DNA of 64,000 bases from Microthyrium microscopicum (lineage: Eukaryota): the NCBI GenBank assembly GCA_010405405.1, contig MU004245.1:437256-501255 (forward strand), written 5' to 3'. The first letter of the stretch is position 1, and each line of letters starts with the position of its first letter. The position numbers and the translations under genes were made by a program. The notes beneath the pieces are model-generated. The model made no database searches. It saw only the letters and a program-made list of their open reading frames with translations, and was not told where the DNA came from. This document shows positions 1-12,150 of this stretch, piece by piece.

Positions 1-305
1 TAAATCAAAAGCTGGCAGTATATATATCAATTATGCATCGCAAGAAGCTCGACAGCTTGTATTATAAAAAAAAGTGTAGCCTCGGATCCTCGGATGGATG
101 ACGCGCGCATAAATTGCAAACATTGAAATGAGGCTCTGCGGCACACGGCATGCCGATCCTGCCATCTCGGTCCGTGGCTATTTTTACTACACCCGTCGAT
201 TCCAGAATCCTCTTCTTCCAAGCTTTATCCCGTCCTTCTATTCCTTCTGCTGAACGACTATAGACTGAGCCTCGCAAGCAAGCGAATCTATCCACCTTCG
301 AAGAA

Positions 306-1094
306 ATGCTCCCAACCCCATCAACTTCGCATGTGTCGTTTGACAATGTATACGAGCCTTCAGAGGATTCATTCTTACTCCTTGATACCTTGTCAAGCGC
401 GTCTGAAGTCGAGTTCTTGAAGACGCGTTTTCCCAAGAATGAAGCTGTACCTGTTATCGCAGAGGTAGGAGTTGGCTCTGGTGTCGTGCTGGCCTTCGCA
501 AACGCGCACGCTACTGAAATATTTGGCAAACCTCATGTGCTTACTCTGGCCATCGACATCAATCGCCACGCTTGCGAAGCGACTCGCCAGACAGTAGAGA
601 AAGCCAGCACTGACCTTGCTGGGTCACAAGTATCAGTGGGAACATTTCTGGGCTCGATACAAGCAGATCTTGGTTCTGCTATGCGAAGCGGCGTAGTCGA
701 CGTGCTCATCTTCAATCCACCATACGTGCCTTCTGAGGAGTCTCTCGCTGACTTGCGTGATGTTGCACTATCAGAGCCTCAATTCAAAGCCTCGTCAAGT
801 GCCAAATTTGAGCGTGATTCAAAACTCTTGGCTCTATCATACGCTGGCGGCGCAGATGGCATGGAAACGACAAACATACTACTCTCAGACCTCCCACGGA
901 TTTTGAATGAACGCCGTGGGGTCGCTTATATTCTACTCTGTGCACAAAACAAGCCTGCTGCTGTCATGGAATATATCAAGAGCTGGCATGCCAACTGGAA
1001 CGTCGAAGTAGTAGGCCACAGTGGTAAGACAGCAGGCTGGGAAGTACTTCAGGTTCTTCGAGTATGGCCAGACAATCTTCCTCACTCAAAATAG
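306..1094 (+). CDS. MTQ2: eRF1 glutamine N5-methyltransferase catalytic subunit (HemK2/N6AMT1/Mtq2)
   Basis: Single-exon 262-aa ORF with the N-terminal MLPTP..VYEPSEDSFLLLDTL signature, SAM-binding EVGVGSGVV, catalytic FNPPYVP and the AGGADGME motif. Confidence 0.95.
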   Translation: MLPTPSTSHVSFDNVYEPSEDSFLLLDTLSSASEVEFLKTRFPKNEAVPVIAEVGVGSGVVLAFANAHATEIFGKPHVLTLAIDINRHACEATRQTVEKASTDLAGSQVSVGTFLGSIQADLGSAMRSGVVDVLIFNPPYVPSEESLADLRDVALSEPQFKASSSAKFERDSKLLALSYAGGADGMETTNILLSDLPRILNERRGVAYILLCAQNKPAAVMEYIKSWHANWNVEVVGHSGKTAGWEVLQVLRVWPDNLPHSK

Positions 1095-2863
1095 CATGTG
1101 GGAATTGGGCTTTAGAGTCCTAGAAGTTGGAGATACTGTTGCCGTTGTGTCGGGATGAATATGCCACTTGTTCTCAGACCAGCTGGGCCTTCAAAGTGCA
1201 AAGCCGCGGGGAATTGTTATGCGCATGAACTGCTCGACGAGCCCGAACAGGGTCCTGCCGCGATGGGTTCAAAGACGATCTCATTGAATATGAGCAGTAA
1301 CGCTGAAATGAATTGTGCAACGGAAGTAGCACAAGAATCTTGAGCTACCAATCATACGCTTGTCAACGAGTCGGCAAAATATATGACGCGCTCCCTTCAG
1401 CCTCGTTGACTCCCAGACGCTACGCTCTCCATCAGTATCGATCCGAGCCATCAGACGACAAAAACTGCAATCCAGTATGAAACGTAGTACCTCATCTTTA
1501 CTGCTCTTTCCGTCCGGAACTGTTCGTCTTCAGTTACGAGTAACCTTGATGAACCCTAAATCCAACTGGCAAACCGCTACCTTGTTGTTGATAGTATAGT
1601 ACCAATGAGCCGTTGCTGACGATGACTACAAGCAATCAGTGGCACGTTCTCTCCTACCCGTATATCCAGTATCATCCATACAGCTTTGCTCCTATGGCCA
1701 TGGGCAATGATCGCCGAATCGAGCGTCTCTACAGACTGTTATATGCTAGTCAGTTTGAGAGCTTCCAAATTGAACGATGCCATCCATACCAACTATTTCG
1801 CACAGTCCATCGGGAAGATACATTCGATTGTCTGGTGGACAGTTGCAGCAGTTATCATCGCAGAAATGGTATGCGTCACAACTACCATCTGCTAGTCGAG
1901 GGCAGCAATCATCTTCGTCTCCAATCTGGCCCACGACCACGTTTAGTAGAAGGCCGAAAATGGATAATAGAGGTTGAAGGTGCATGATATCGAATATAAA
2001 CAATTGAGCAGGCTTTAGCGATTTTCATCAAATAAAATCGCTCCTCCATGGTAGCTACCTATATATCTCGGCCGCAACTTGCTCCTGCCTAGTATTGAAG
2101 TTCGAATTTGCGAGTCCTGTTTCACATGCCTCAATACTAGAGTGGTACCGCATGAAGTTTCTGAGCACATCGATGTCATTATGGTATCTGTACGACAAGC
2201 GAAGCTGTCCATTGCTCTGCGGAATAAAGCGTAACCAGCTGGTACTCTTCGAAAGCTGTGACTTACAATTATGTAAAAATGAGATAGAATAGAGTCTCAA
2301 TTCCGACACTGCAAATAGATTCATTCAGTCCGTAAGCAAAGGCTTATTGACAAACAATAATGTAACGATACCAATAAGGGACCTTCTCTGACCTCGTTGT
2401 ACATTTTGTGCATTCGTCCTACTTTATATTCGGACAATTAAGTGCACTGTGTGACTGCATACTGGTGACTAGTAGACGATTTGACACTTACTGAAGAAGT
2501 GTTCAACCACTAGTCAAAGAAAAGAAAACGAACAAAATCGGCACATCCGTGCAAGAGAAGTTGCAGCACAATTAAGCACAGCATAGAAGATCGATTTTCG
2601 AAGCTTTTGGTCAATCAGCGATGCTCAAAGTTGTACTCATGGAATATGAAATAATTCTTCTGAGATACCGAAAACTTATGATATAGCTTTGTGAGTGAGC
2701 ACGATTTCTTTGTTCATATTGAATAGGCCATCTTGGAAACACTTGAGATTGAAACTCTTTATTACCAGACCCAGGTCAACTCCTAAAATCCGTCATATTA
2801 TCATAAGAACATGTAAGACACAACAGTAGAACTCCAAGCTGAACCATACAAAACATAATAGCA

Positions 2864-3598
2864 TTACCACCGGCCACCAGGTGACCCACCTCCATACTCG
2901 ATCATTCGCTGTCGAGGTGCATGGCTACCACGTCGGCTGTCTCTTCCATCCCGTCCATCCCGTCCCTCAATGCGCAGATGTTTCTGTGGTCCAGTGTACC
3001 GACCTTTGTGGTCCTGATGCCCTTGCGCTACACTGCTATTGATAGCAGCTTTGGTGCTCTTCTCTACTGCCCGCGCACTTCGTGTACTTGCATGCGCACT
3101 CTTGCGACTTGCTTCAGCCGCATCATGACTGGCTCGTGCAGACACAGTGGCTGGCACAAGAGCTGCAACGGTCGCGAGAGTGGCGACAGTGGTCCAAAGA
3201 GTCTTCTTCTTGAACCAAGGCTTCTCAGCATCGTCGACAGCCTCATCGACCATTCGTCGGAGTGAGGCGGGTGAGTAAGAGCGCTCGTTGGAAGGAGAGC
3301 GGGAGTGCCGGGGACGACTTGAACGACGGCGACGCTCAGGTGGGCCGCTAGATGGTGTCCTGGAGCGAGAAGGAGATCTGACTGGGGATTGAGGTGGTGA
3401 TGGTCCTCGACGGGATTGTGGCGGTGGTGGTGGACGAGCTGGCCGACCACGAGGCTTTTCTTCTTCCAGTGGTGATGGGGATGGAGATGGAGGAGGAGCA
3501 AAGCGTGCTCGACGCTCGTATTGCGGCATCTCGAAGTGGACTGGGCTTGGTTGACGCCGGGTTGGCGGTGGGCCGTTGAAGTTTCCTCGAGGGGCCAT
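2864..3598 (-). CDS. Hypothetical Pro/Arg/Ser-rich protein with one predicted transmembrane helix
   Basis: Open frame from ATG 3598 (MAPRGNF...) to stop 2864. Low-complexity PPPSPSP/RRRSSR N-half, then a hydrophobic segment KKKTLWTTVATLATVAALVPATV. No family recognised. Confidence 0.7.
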   Translation of the reverse strand: MAPRGNFNGPPPTRRQPSPVHFEMPQYERRARFAPPPSPSPSPLEEEKPRGRPARPPPPPQSRRGPSPPQSPVRSPSRSRTPSSGPPERRRRSSRPRHSRSPSNERSYSPASLRRMVDEAVDDAEKPWFKKKTLWTTVATLATVAALVPATVSARASHDAAEASRKSAHASTRSARAVEKSTKAAINSSVAQGHQDHKGRYTGPQKHLRIEGRDGRDGRDSRRGSHAPRQRMIEYGGGSPGGRW

Positions 3599-4535
3599 TT
3601 TGGTCGACTGGGACATGAGTTGACTCTGAAGTGTTGATTTGAGAGCAATGAAAGAAAAAGAACTAAGATATCTCCAGATGCTATTGAATAGGGAGCTCTG
3701 TGCCCACAAAGAAGAGGGAGTGTGGATGTTCTTCTCGAATCATGAGGGGAGTGAATCTTCCAAGTGTGATGATTGGAAGAAGGGTACAAGTCAGGCTCCA
3801 ACGCTGATTTATGAAACTTATCTATATACTACAGCATCCGACCAATCTCGTAAAAACCTCAACTGCGTCATCATACATCGCATAGTTTAGCTGCTATCGT
3901 GAAGGCGAAGCGCTTCTAGTCTGAGGGCTAGAGTGAAAGGTTTTGCTGCCAGAAGCAAGCAAGACCCTGAAAAGTGGAGCTTTCGACTTGAACAATGCTC
4001 CGAATGTGCTTTAAAGCATGGGAAGTGCTAGTAAGTCCGGTCGATCGTTACAGGCCGCGTGATATTAACTTGTTGGGCTGGACTGATCGAGTAGGCTGGA
4101 TTGAGGAGACGGGTCTGACAGGCTCCTCACCGCCGTAAAATTCATGCCAAAGTGGCATCATTTGGAAGAGATCGGCAAGAAAAGTTCAGGATGTTGTCCC
4201 GTGGTCTTTGTTGGCGTTGGGTTCAAAGCTGGGATAGCCTTGGTGGAGAGTTGGGCTTCAGCCCTGTATATTTCTCTGGCCCTTGATATCTCTACCGATT
4301 GCATATTGGAAGATTTGGAAAGTTTGAAATTCAGTATAACAGTGGCAGGAAGTATTATGACTTGACATATTATTCCTACGTTCCCTTCATAATCTTGTTG
4401 TTGGAAAGATGGGTTTTGCTTTTGTGCAGCTCAAGCTCTTTCGCCCAACATTGTGACCCTACTCCAGAGTCTAGATAGATCGAATCTGCAAAGATCAAGA
4501 GAAAGACGGCTATCTTCGTAGCTAGAATTGTTTCT

Positions 4536-6355
4536 CTAACGGCTCAGTGGTTTTTCCTTTATCCACCACGCTGCAATTGCCGCACCTAGAACTAGGAGTA
4601 CCTGAAGTTCGAAAGCTGCACTGGTGCTCTTTGCATAGCAATCCCTGACAATGGCCTGGACAGCCTCCGGTAAGTCTTTCAAGGATGCCAGATTCCGCCT
4701 AACTTCGTCTGCAATCTTATCCGCTTCAGCCCCACTGCCCAGCTCGTCATGTAATGACGACCTAAGAATCGAGTTTACCACGGTAGCCGAGATGGAAACG
4801 CCAAACACACTGCCCATGCTTCGGAACAGATATGAGCAGGCAGTAACCATCGCTTGATCCTTTTGACCCGTGTTCGCTATTAGTGCAATGAGAGCACTCG
4901 TCACACCAATGCCATTGGAGAACCCATTGATGCACATTCCGATTACAATGCCCGGCACTGAGCTAACCACTACTCCAGAAGTAGCCACTAGTACAAGCAT
5001 ACCGGCAGTGAGGCAAGAGTAACAGCTAATTGTAAGCCAGTAATATCGGCCAGTGCGTTGCATGTACATGCCAGCAAACAGTGACCCGGAGACTCCGCAG
5101 ATGATGTTGGGGATAAGGAGCACGCTGGCTTGTGTGGCGGAATATCCGTAGACTGCTTGATAGTAAAGCGGGACGTAGAAAATGGCAGCCAACCATCCAC
5201 TAAAGGAAAAGAAGTTGCAGAGATAGGCGGCCACAAGCGATCTTTCAAGCATGATGTGGCCCGGTGCGAATGGCTCGCTCGCAACGTAGATCTCAACTAG
5301 GATGAAAACCACAAATAGGGGAATGGCAATCGAGATACAAATGATCGTCGTGGTGTTGGTCCAAGACACGTTACTTCCTCTGTCTAGACCAACGAGTAGA
5401 GCTGTTACTGCGGCAAGAAGAATTGCGGCTCCAAGAAAATCGACTCTCTTAATCTTTTCTTTCCAATGGCTCTCATCAGTTCTTGGAAGCCGCAAGAGCC
5501 ACCAAACGCTGAGTAGAGCAATCAAACACATTGGTGCTTGAATCAGAAATGCCCAGCGCCAACTTATGGTGTCAACGATAATTCCTGTTCTGGTCAGTTT
5601 GGTTCGTACTTTCTTAGTGGTCTTTTCTCTTACCTCCTAATGGCGCACCCAGGCCAGCACCAGTGGCATAGACAATATTGATATAACCTTGCCATGTACC
5701 CCGTTCTCTCAAGGGAATAACATCGCTTATGAGAATACTAACAACCGTGGTCATAGCACCACCACCAATACCTGCAAATGCTCTGCTAACAATAAGCTGG
5801 TTGATATTTTGCGAAATGCCGCAAAATAATGAGCCCAGGCCAAATATGATGTATGCAAACATGAGGCATTCTTTCCTTCCGAAAATGTCTAGTGTAATTT
5901 AGTCACAGGTCTTCGCCAGTCTAAAAGATCAGAGTATCCCAATTATGAAGGAAAGGCGTACCCGATAGCTTGCCGGAAAGTGGCTGAAAGGCGGTCAAAG
6001 TCAGGAAATATGCATTTGCAATCCATGAGGTTTTGTTGAGGGCGCCTAGTTCTGATCCAATCTTTCCGTAAGTAGAGACAATGATAGTTTGATCCGCTGC
6101 TGCGAGAAGCACACCAATAGCGACGGCGGGAAAGATATATTTCATGCGCCCACGAACTTCGGCCAGTCCATCAAATTCGCCAGTATGCTCAGCGGCGGCG
6201 TCGCGTTCTGTATCAACAGACCCATTTGCTTGAGATGACCCATCATAAGAATCTGCTCCTTGAGGTACAAGTCCAGCGCTAGGATCGATAGGATGTTGGT
6301 TGGATTGAGCCTTGGGAAGGAGAGGTGATCTCTCGGAAGGTTCTTCTTCAGGCAT
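4536..6355 (-). CDS. MFS transporter, 14-TM drug:H+ antiporter (DHA2/Vba-like), 3 exons
   Basis: LAAADQTIIV, WIANAYFLTLTAFQPLSGKLSD|IFGRK, SRAFAGIGGG, ISDVIPLRERG and RVDFLGA motifs. Intron 5961-5889 (GTACGC..CTAG) and a second short intron at about 5630-5586. Confidence 0.93.
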
Positions 6356-7183
6356 AGTGCTGGGTTATGTTGAGTCGTTGACAAGGTTGCTTGTACGTAT
6401 TTTGAGGATAATGCTGCTGGTAAATTGGCCTATGGTCCTATGGTCCTCAGTTTAATTTTGCCGAAGCTGAAGCTTGAGGCGCAGCCAATTGGTCGTGTCG
6501 TCCACCGAAATCCTCGTCCAACACAACAAGCACAGTGATTACAGGTTAGATTCTTAACCTGTCCATCGTCAAGGTACACTTCCTCGACTTCACTTATAAG
6601 TAATGCTGAAGGTTCTGATTGGCGCGGTACCGGTCCTACCGGACAATTACCTTCTGCGGTATCCAAAAGAGGTAAGGGGTCAATGCCAGGGATGGGACAC
6701 ATGGAAGGAGGGCCGTGCTTTTAGCCTCATCTTCAGCCTTGTCTTCAGCCTTCTTCATCTAAAGGTACAATGCTGGTCAGCCAAAGACACTTTTCACGAG
6801 TATTTATTGCGCCTAGAGATGAGGGAAATGCTCTGTGATAAAAACGGTGAGGTAGGATATTTCAATCTCACAAGCTCTGCCGGGAAATTATCTGATAGGA
6901 CGTGATGGATTGCATTGGTGCACACTGCAATGATATACTTCAGCCTCCGAAAAAAAGATATTGCAAGTGGAAAGTCTTTGATTGCCCTATTTGATACAGT
7001 AGATTCCAGTAGATGCATAGAAAAGCAAAATTGTCTGTAGATTCAGCATGGGAATGCTGCATTGATATTTCTGAGAGAATCGACTCGGCAGGCTTCACTC
7101 ATTGCTTTGATCTCAATCAGCGCAATACGATTCGAATCCATGCTGTGGTCGGCCGATTTACGGTTAAGCTTAAGGACCATCCC

Positions 7184-8229
7184 TCAATAGCCTTGTTTCT
7201 TCAGCTCATCCTCGGTCCATTGCCATAAGCTCTCGGCCATTTTTTGATCTCTAGCAAAAGCGCTCCCATCATTCTTCTGTCCCACAGGGTTATAGTAGCC
7301 TCCATTTACCAACTTATCTTTTGGCACTGTTGCTGCCCACAGAGAATTCTTCGCGCCTTCTTCTACAGTTTTATAAACCAAAAAGCCAAAAGTGGAGCTC
7401 AACATGCCCAGTGCACGATTGCTCATCATTACTGGGGTGAAGAGATCTGTCTTTATAACACCTGGATGCAGTGACACACTGGTAATCTGTGGGTATCGTG
7501 TGGCCAATTGCTTCGCAAATAAGACATTTGCTAGCTTGGAGCGACTGTACCGGGCCAGCGGCGATGCATTTTCCATGTCCATATCTTTTGGATCGAAGCC
7601 TGGCGCTGCAGCACGCAGATGAGCGCCCGAGCTCAAGTTTAGGATTCGGACATCACCACCTTTCTCTTCCGACGTCTTCAGCATCGTGGGCAGCAGTAGC
7701 TTGGTGAGTAGCGCATGACCTAGATGATTCGTGCCCAGCTGTATTTCGTACCCCTCTGCCGTCTTGCCTGCTGGCACACCCATGATACCAGCATTATTTA
7801 TGAGGATGTCAAGTCTGTCTGCCTGTCCATTGAAGGAAGCTGCAGCCGCAGCGACAGACTTGAGTGAGGCAAGGTCAAGCTGAAGGATTTTGACTTGCGC
7901 AGTTGGTACCGCACTACGCATGTCGCCGGCAGCTGCTTCACCGCGTGCGAGGTCTCGAGAGCAGAGGTAGATGGAGGCAGGGTTGTGCTTGGCGAGACGG
8001 AGGATGGTTTCTTTACCGATGCCGTTGTTGCCTGTGAGAAGGTATGGTTAGTCAATTGGCACAGTAGGAGATGATATCTGCAGGGAAATTGAAGAGGTTG
8101 AAGCCTACCACCAGTGACAACAATCACTTTTCCATCCAGAGATGGAATGTCCTTGTCAGGACTGAACGAGTTTGCGGAGCCAAATAACATGTCAAGTCCA
8201 ATGTCAACCGTGAGTCGAGATATGTCCAT
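7184..8229 (-). CDS. Short-chain dehydrogenase/reductase (retinol dehydrogenase/WWOX-like), 2 exons
   Basis: FSPDKDIPSLDGKVIVVTG|GNNGIG across an intron at about 8108-8032, LINNAGIM, GTNHLGHALLT, catalytic YSRSK and SLHPGVIKTDL. The start could be 8229 or 8190. Confidence 0.92.
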
Positions 8230-8792
8230 TATCCATCTTCAGCATGAGAAGAGACCTCAAAGTTCTGGGAGTGTTGGAGAGTGTCCCGAAACAATGATCG
8301 TGAATCGCATTGGGGTCTGGGCAAGCTCTTATCTGATCGACCAGCAAACAGATCAGATCAAAATGGAACTAGCCGACCTGTCTGTGCCACCCTTGCCAGT
8401 CCCTAACTTCAACTCATCCTTCAACTTCAACAACAAGAACTTGAACACTATTCACGAAACTGCCGAAGCAAAGCAAACTCGGCTCAATTTTCCAGCGGAT
8501 GGATAGCGTTACTCTACTACAACTCTTCATGGCCGCGTCCAGCATTATGGCATCTAGCACATCGTCTCTCTTTGCAAGGACACAACTCGATTATCAAACA
8601 GTTTGTATTCTATGACATGTTACTGCTTTCATGGCATGATCGTCACCAAGAGTAAGTGATGCTGCTAGCCAGAGGTCGCAGTCCGGTAGAGCTGCCAAAC
8701 ATTTTTATCGTGAATCCCCCGCCTTGTGTTGTACTTTAACCTTCGCTCTTCTCAAGCGCCAAATCCATCGCAATGCCCAAGTCCACAGGAGA

Positions 8793-11284
8793 TTATTCCT
8801 CACCCGGCTTGAACGACGCCGCAATGCTGAACCAACCTTCTGGCACACCTGCCAATGGGTTCCCATCTGAATCTATCGCCTTGTACGACAAGTTCCAACC
8901 GTTGACTTCGAAAACAACCCAAAATTCAACCGCGTAGTATCGCCGACCTGCATTGCCTTCAATAGGCACCAATGTTTCTTCCAACAGTGACAGATCGAGA
9001 TTCATCGTTGCAATACACTCGGAGTTTTCTGACGAAAGTTAGATTCCAGACCAGCATTGATGCGGATTCTCTTACCATTTTCGGCATGGTCGACAGGATA
9101 TGAATCCTCTTGAGTTGTGTACGACACGAAAATCTCCTCGTTCCAACACCATTGTTTCTTGTATTCTTCCGGATCGATATCGCAGTGAATGATTCGCTCC
9201 ATGTGCATTGTATATTCGCGAGTTTCGGTTGTAATCTCTTGGCCCTAGTGGATTGTGGTCATGTTAGTAGCTGCAACGTAATGTGGTGTTGAAAGTGGTG
9301 CGCTATCTTACCTTTTTGTAAATCCAGCAGATGAGATTTTCGACGTACTCCTTGCCAGTCAACTCGCACTCTTCTACCTTTTCGGTATCGCGCGCATCCA
9401 CATGGGTTTGTTTTGACCCGTCAAATTCCTCACTGATCTTCAAGCCATAACTGCACTGCATTTTCCGGGCCGGGGCCTTCTCCCAATTCAAGAAGGCCAG
9501 AATTGCTCCTCGAGATGCTGCAACTCCCGGCGAATCACTGCAAGTCATTAGCTCACTTCTCCAGCATGATAGCTATGCGCGACATACCTTATAGAGGGAA
9601 CTAGTACTGGAATTGACGGCCAGTTATGGGAAGCCACCTTTTTCGCTAGCTCTCCTTCGATGAAAGCTTTGATGACAGTCGATCGCCCAGCACCACCGGC
9701 AAGCACCAATTTCTTAGTCTAGGTTAGTCCAAGCCCGCAAACAGAACGTTCAACTTACCGTGACAGTTGGCTTTCCGTTCTTATTAGCTGTTTTTCGCAG
9801 CATTGTCTCTGCAAGCTCCCAAGTACCTTCACAAGTATGGCGATGGATGTCTTGAAACTCGTTCCTGTTTGTTGTCAGTGAAGCTCGTATACATGAAGGA
9901 GGACATTACAGCGTGAAAAACATTTTCGAGGGTCCGAAATTGTGTTTCTTGTTCTCCCTCAGGCTCGCTGCAACCAAACTTTCGAGCGTCGTGTCCGGCG
10001 GACGATCGTCGTCCATTGTGAATTTGACTGTACGCTTTGTGTAACTCTCAAATTGGCTCATGAGTTCGGCTTCAATCACAAGATGAACTAAGCTAGCCTG
10101 AACCGCATTGCCATAGAACTTCGCGTGTTGCAATCGTTGTCGACAAAGTTCTCGGAAATGATTATTGACGTACGCGGAGCCACATAATCTACCTATGTTT
10201 CGCATTAGCAATTGGATGGTAGAAAGGCTGGGGTCTTGTAATTTTACCTTCGCCAGTGATTGTTTCCTGCTGCAATTTCATTTTGCCTTGCGCGTTCTGG
10301 ACGACGAATACAATCGCATCAACTGTTCCACTGCCAACATCTAGCAGAAGCATCCGGTCGCGATCCTGCACTGCTTTAGTAATGGACCATCAAAACCCAT
10401 GATACACCTACCCTAACAAAACCAACATTGTTCTCGTCTTCAAGTATGGAGAAAGCGTGAGCTTCTGGCTCAGAAGCGAAGAACAACCCATGGACTTGCG
10501 AAGAGAATCCATCTTCCCGTTGCTGAACGTTGGGAGAGTCAATGTTGTACAATGCCCGAGCGAAAGCATCATGCATTTTCTGAAGCGCTCTATGTTCCCA
10601 CACAGGTGGAACAGCGATATCAAAGTACACTTTATCTCCCTTGGTGTAGCCAGTTTGAGCTTGAGTCTTTTCAAGTTCTGCCAGGCAGTGTTCGATCCAT
10701 GCAGTTAGAAAATGCTCAATGGCTTGCGGTTGTTGACTGGTATCTTTGAAAACCTCCCTCAATTGGCGCTCGATGTTATCGCGGAAGTCTTTTGTGTGTT
10801 CGGTGTTATCGAGGAGAAGTTTGAAGTTCCGAATGATTCCTTTTTCAACCTCCGCTTGAGACCATAATGATGTTGAGTTTTTCACCTTCTTCAACTCGTT
10901 TTGCACTTCGTACCCCCAAAACACTTTCGGTACAACTCGGTTTCCTTCTCGCAAATATACAAAGAGTATCTCTGTTGGCACTTCATTCACTCTTCCGCCT
11001 TGAAGGTCTGCTTGCTGGTTCTCTGGATAGTTCTGTATCGGCTTGATTCGGGTTGGGTTTATTTTGGTAATATCTTCTCCTTCATCGAGAACAAGATAGC
11101 ATGCGCTAGAGTAGCCTGTTCCAAAGTCCAGGCCAATATGAATGATCTTTTTTGTTGCAGGTATCGTACTGATCGGACCTCTGCGACCTGAATTGGCTTT
11201 CGCAATGCGGTTGCGACCCTTGCCTGAAACTCGAGACGCTTTTGATTTTCCTGCCTTACCGCGCTGATAATTTCGCGGTGCCAT
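8793..11284 (-). CDS. Divergent Hsp70-like (HSPA12-type) actin-fold ATPase, multi-exon (about 7 introns)
   Basis: Ordered Hsp70 NBD motifs across exons: IGLDFGTGYS, IAVPPVW, FASEPEAHA, LLLDVGSGTVD, GRLCGSAYVN, KLVLAGGAGRS and GVAASRGAIL. Short GT-AG introns with CTAAC/CTGAC branch sites separate the ORF fragments. No canonical substrate-binding domain or EEVD tail. Confidence 0.85.
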
Positions 11285-11927
11285 GGTCTCAACCTCCCCA
11301 AAGCACGCGGGTGGTGGCAAAGAAAATGCTGAGGACGAAAATCGAGAATGGCGTTTAGAGAATGACAACTACTGAGTTGCTGAAAGCGGCGAAAGAGAAC
11401 AGAGAGAGGGATGGGCAATTCAGAAATGAGGAGAAATTGAAGAACGAAGGATGAAGGTGGTGGGAGAATGAAATTTGAAATAAAAATTCAAGTGGGTGGT
11501 GATTTGTTGCTGGTGACTGCCAGTTCATAGCGACTGGCAACTGCCTAGACAATCCATGCTGAGGTGGTAGAAGGAAAGGCACGAGGACAGCAGACCGTTT
11601 CCTGCTTCATTTAGTATGGAAGGTGTAATGTAGAATGTGGAAAGCGCCAACTGCCCCCTAAGCCGATACAGTAGGCGCAAGACTAAAAGGAATGGGAAGT
11701 CGCGACTCGCGAGGTTGCAAGTTACAACATTGAAGTTGCATTAGGTCATTAGCCTCAAACTGTTGCCTTGGACATTTTACTTCACCTCAAATGTTCCATT
11801 GAAAACATTAGGTATCGAACAATAAGAGCTGATTGAATAAGACCCCTTCAATAGCTGCTCTACATGTGTACATTCAGAAATCAGGTTTAAAGCTCAAACA
11901 CAAGTACAAATTCGAAATCAAGTACAG

Positions 11928-12023
11928 ACAATAAGGCTACGCACAATCGAAGCACAAACAATAAGACCACGCACAATCAAAAAACAAACAATAAGACCAC
12001 GCACAATCAAAACACAAACAATC
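11928..12023. repeat. 30-bp tandem repeat, 3 copies plus a partial copy
   Basis: ACAATAAGGCTACGCACAATCGAAGCACAA / ACAATAAGACCACGCACAATCAAAAAACAA / ACAATAAGACCACGCACAATCAAAACACAA start at 11928, 11958 and 11988. Confidence 0.95.
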
Positions 12024-12150
12024 AGATTCCAGGCCTCGCCAGTCTCGCATCATTTCAACTTCCCCCTTTACCATTACAATCAGCAAGATCTACCTCTTTG
12101 CTACCATCGACGTTCCATTACCAACTACAGCACAGCTATCATCCGTCAAA

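Noticed and set aside
62..529. 155-aa minus-strand ORF and similar long antisense ORFs (e.g. 38248-38928, 44875-45480, 47113-47724, 42202-42747)
   Set aside because: They overlap well-supported genes on the opposite strand and have no recognisable motifs, so they are shadow ORFs.
11928..12023. 30-bp repeats as a CRISPR array
   Set aside because: Units are directly adjacent with no unique spacers, the context is eukaryotic and there are no cas genes.
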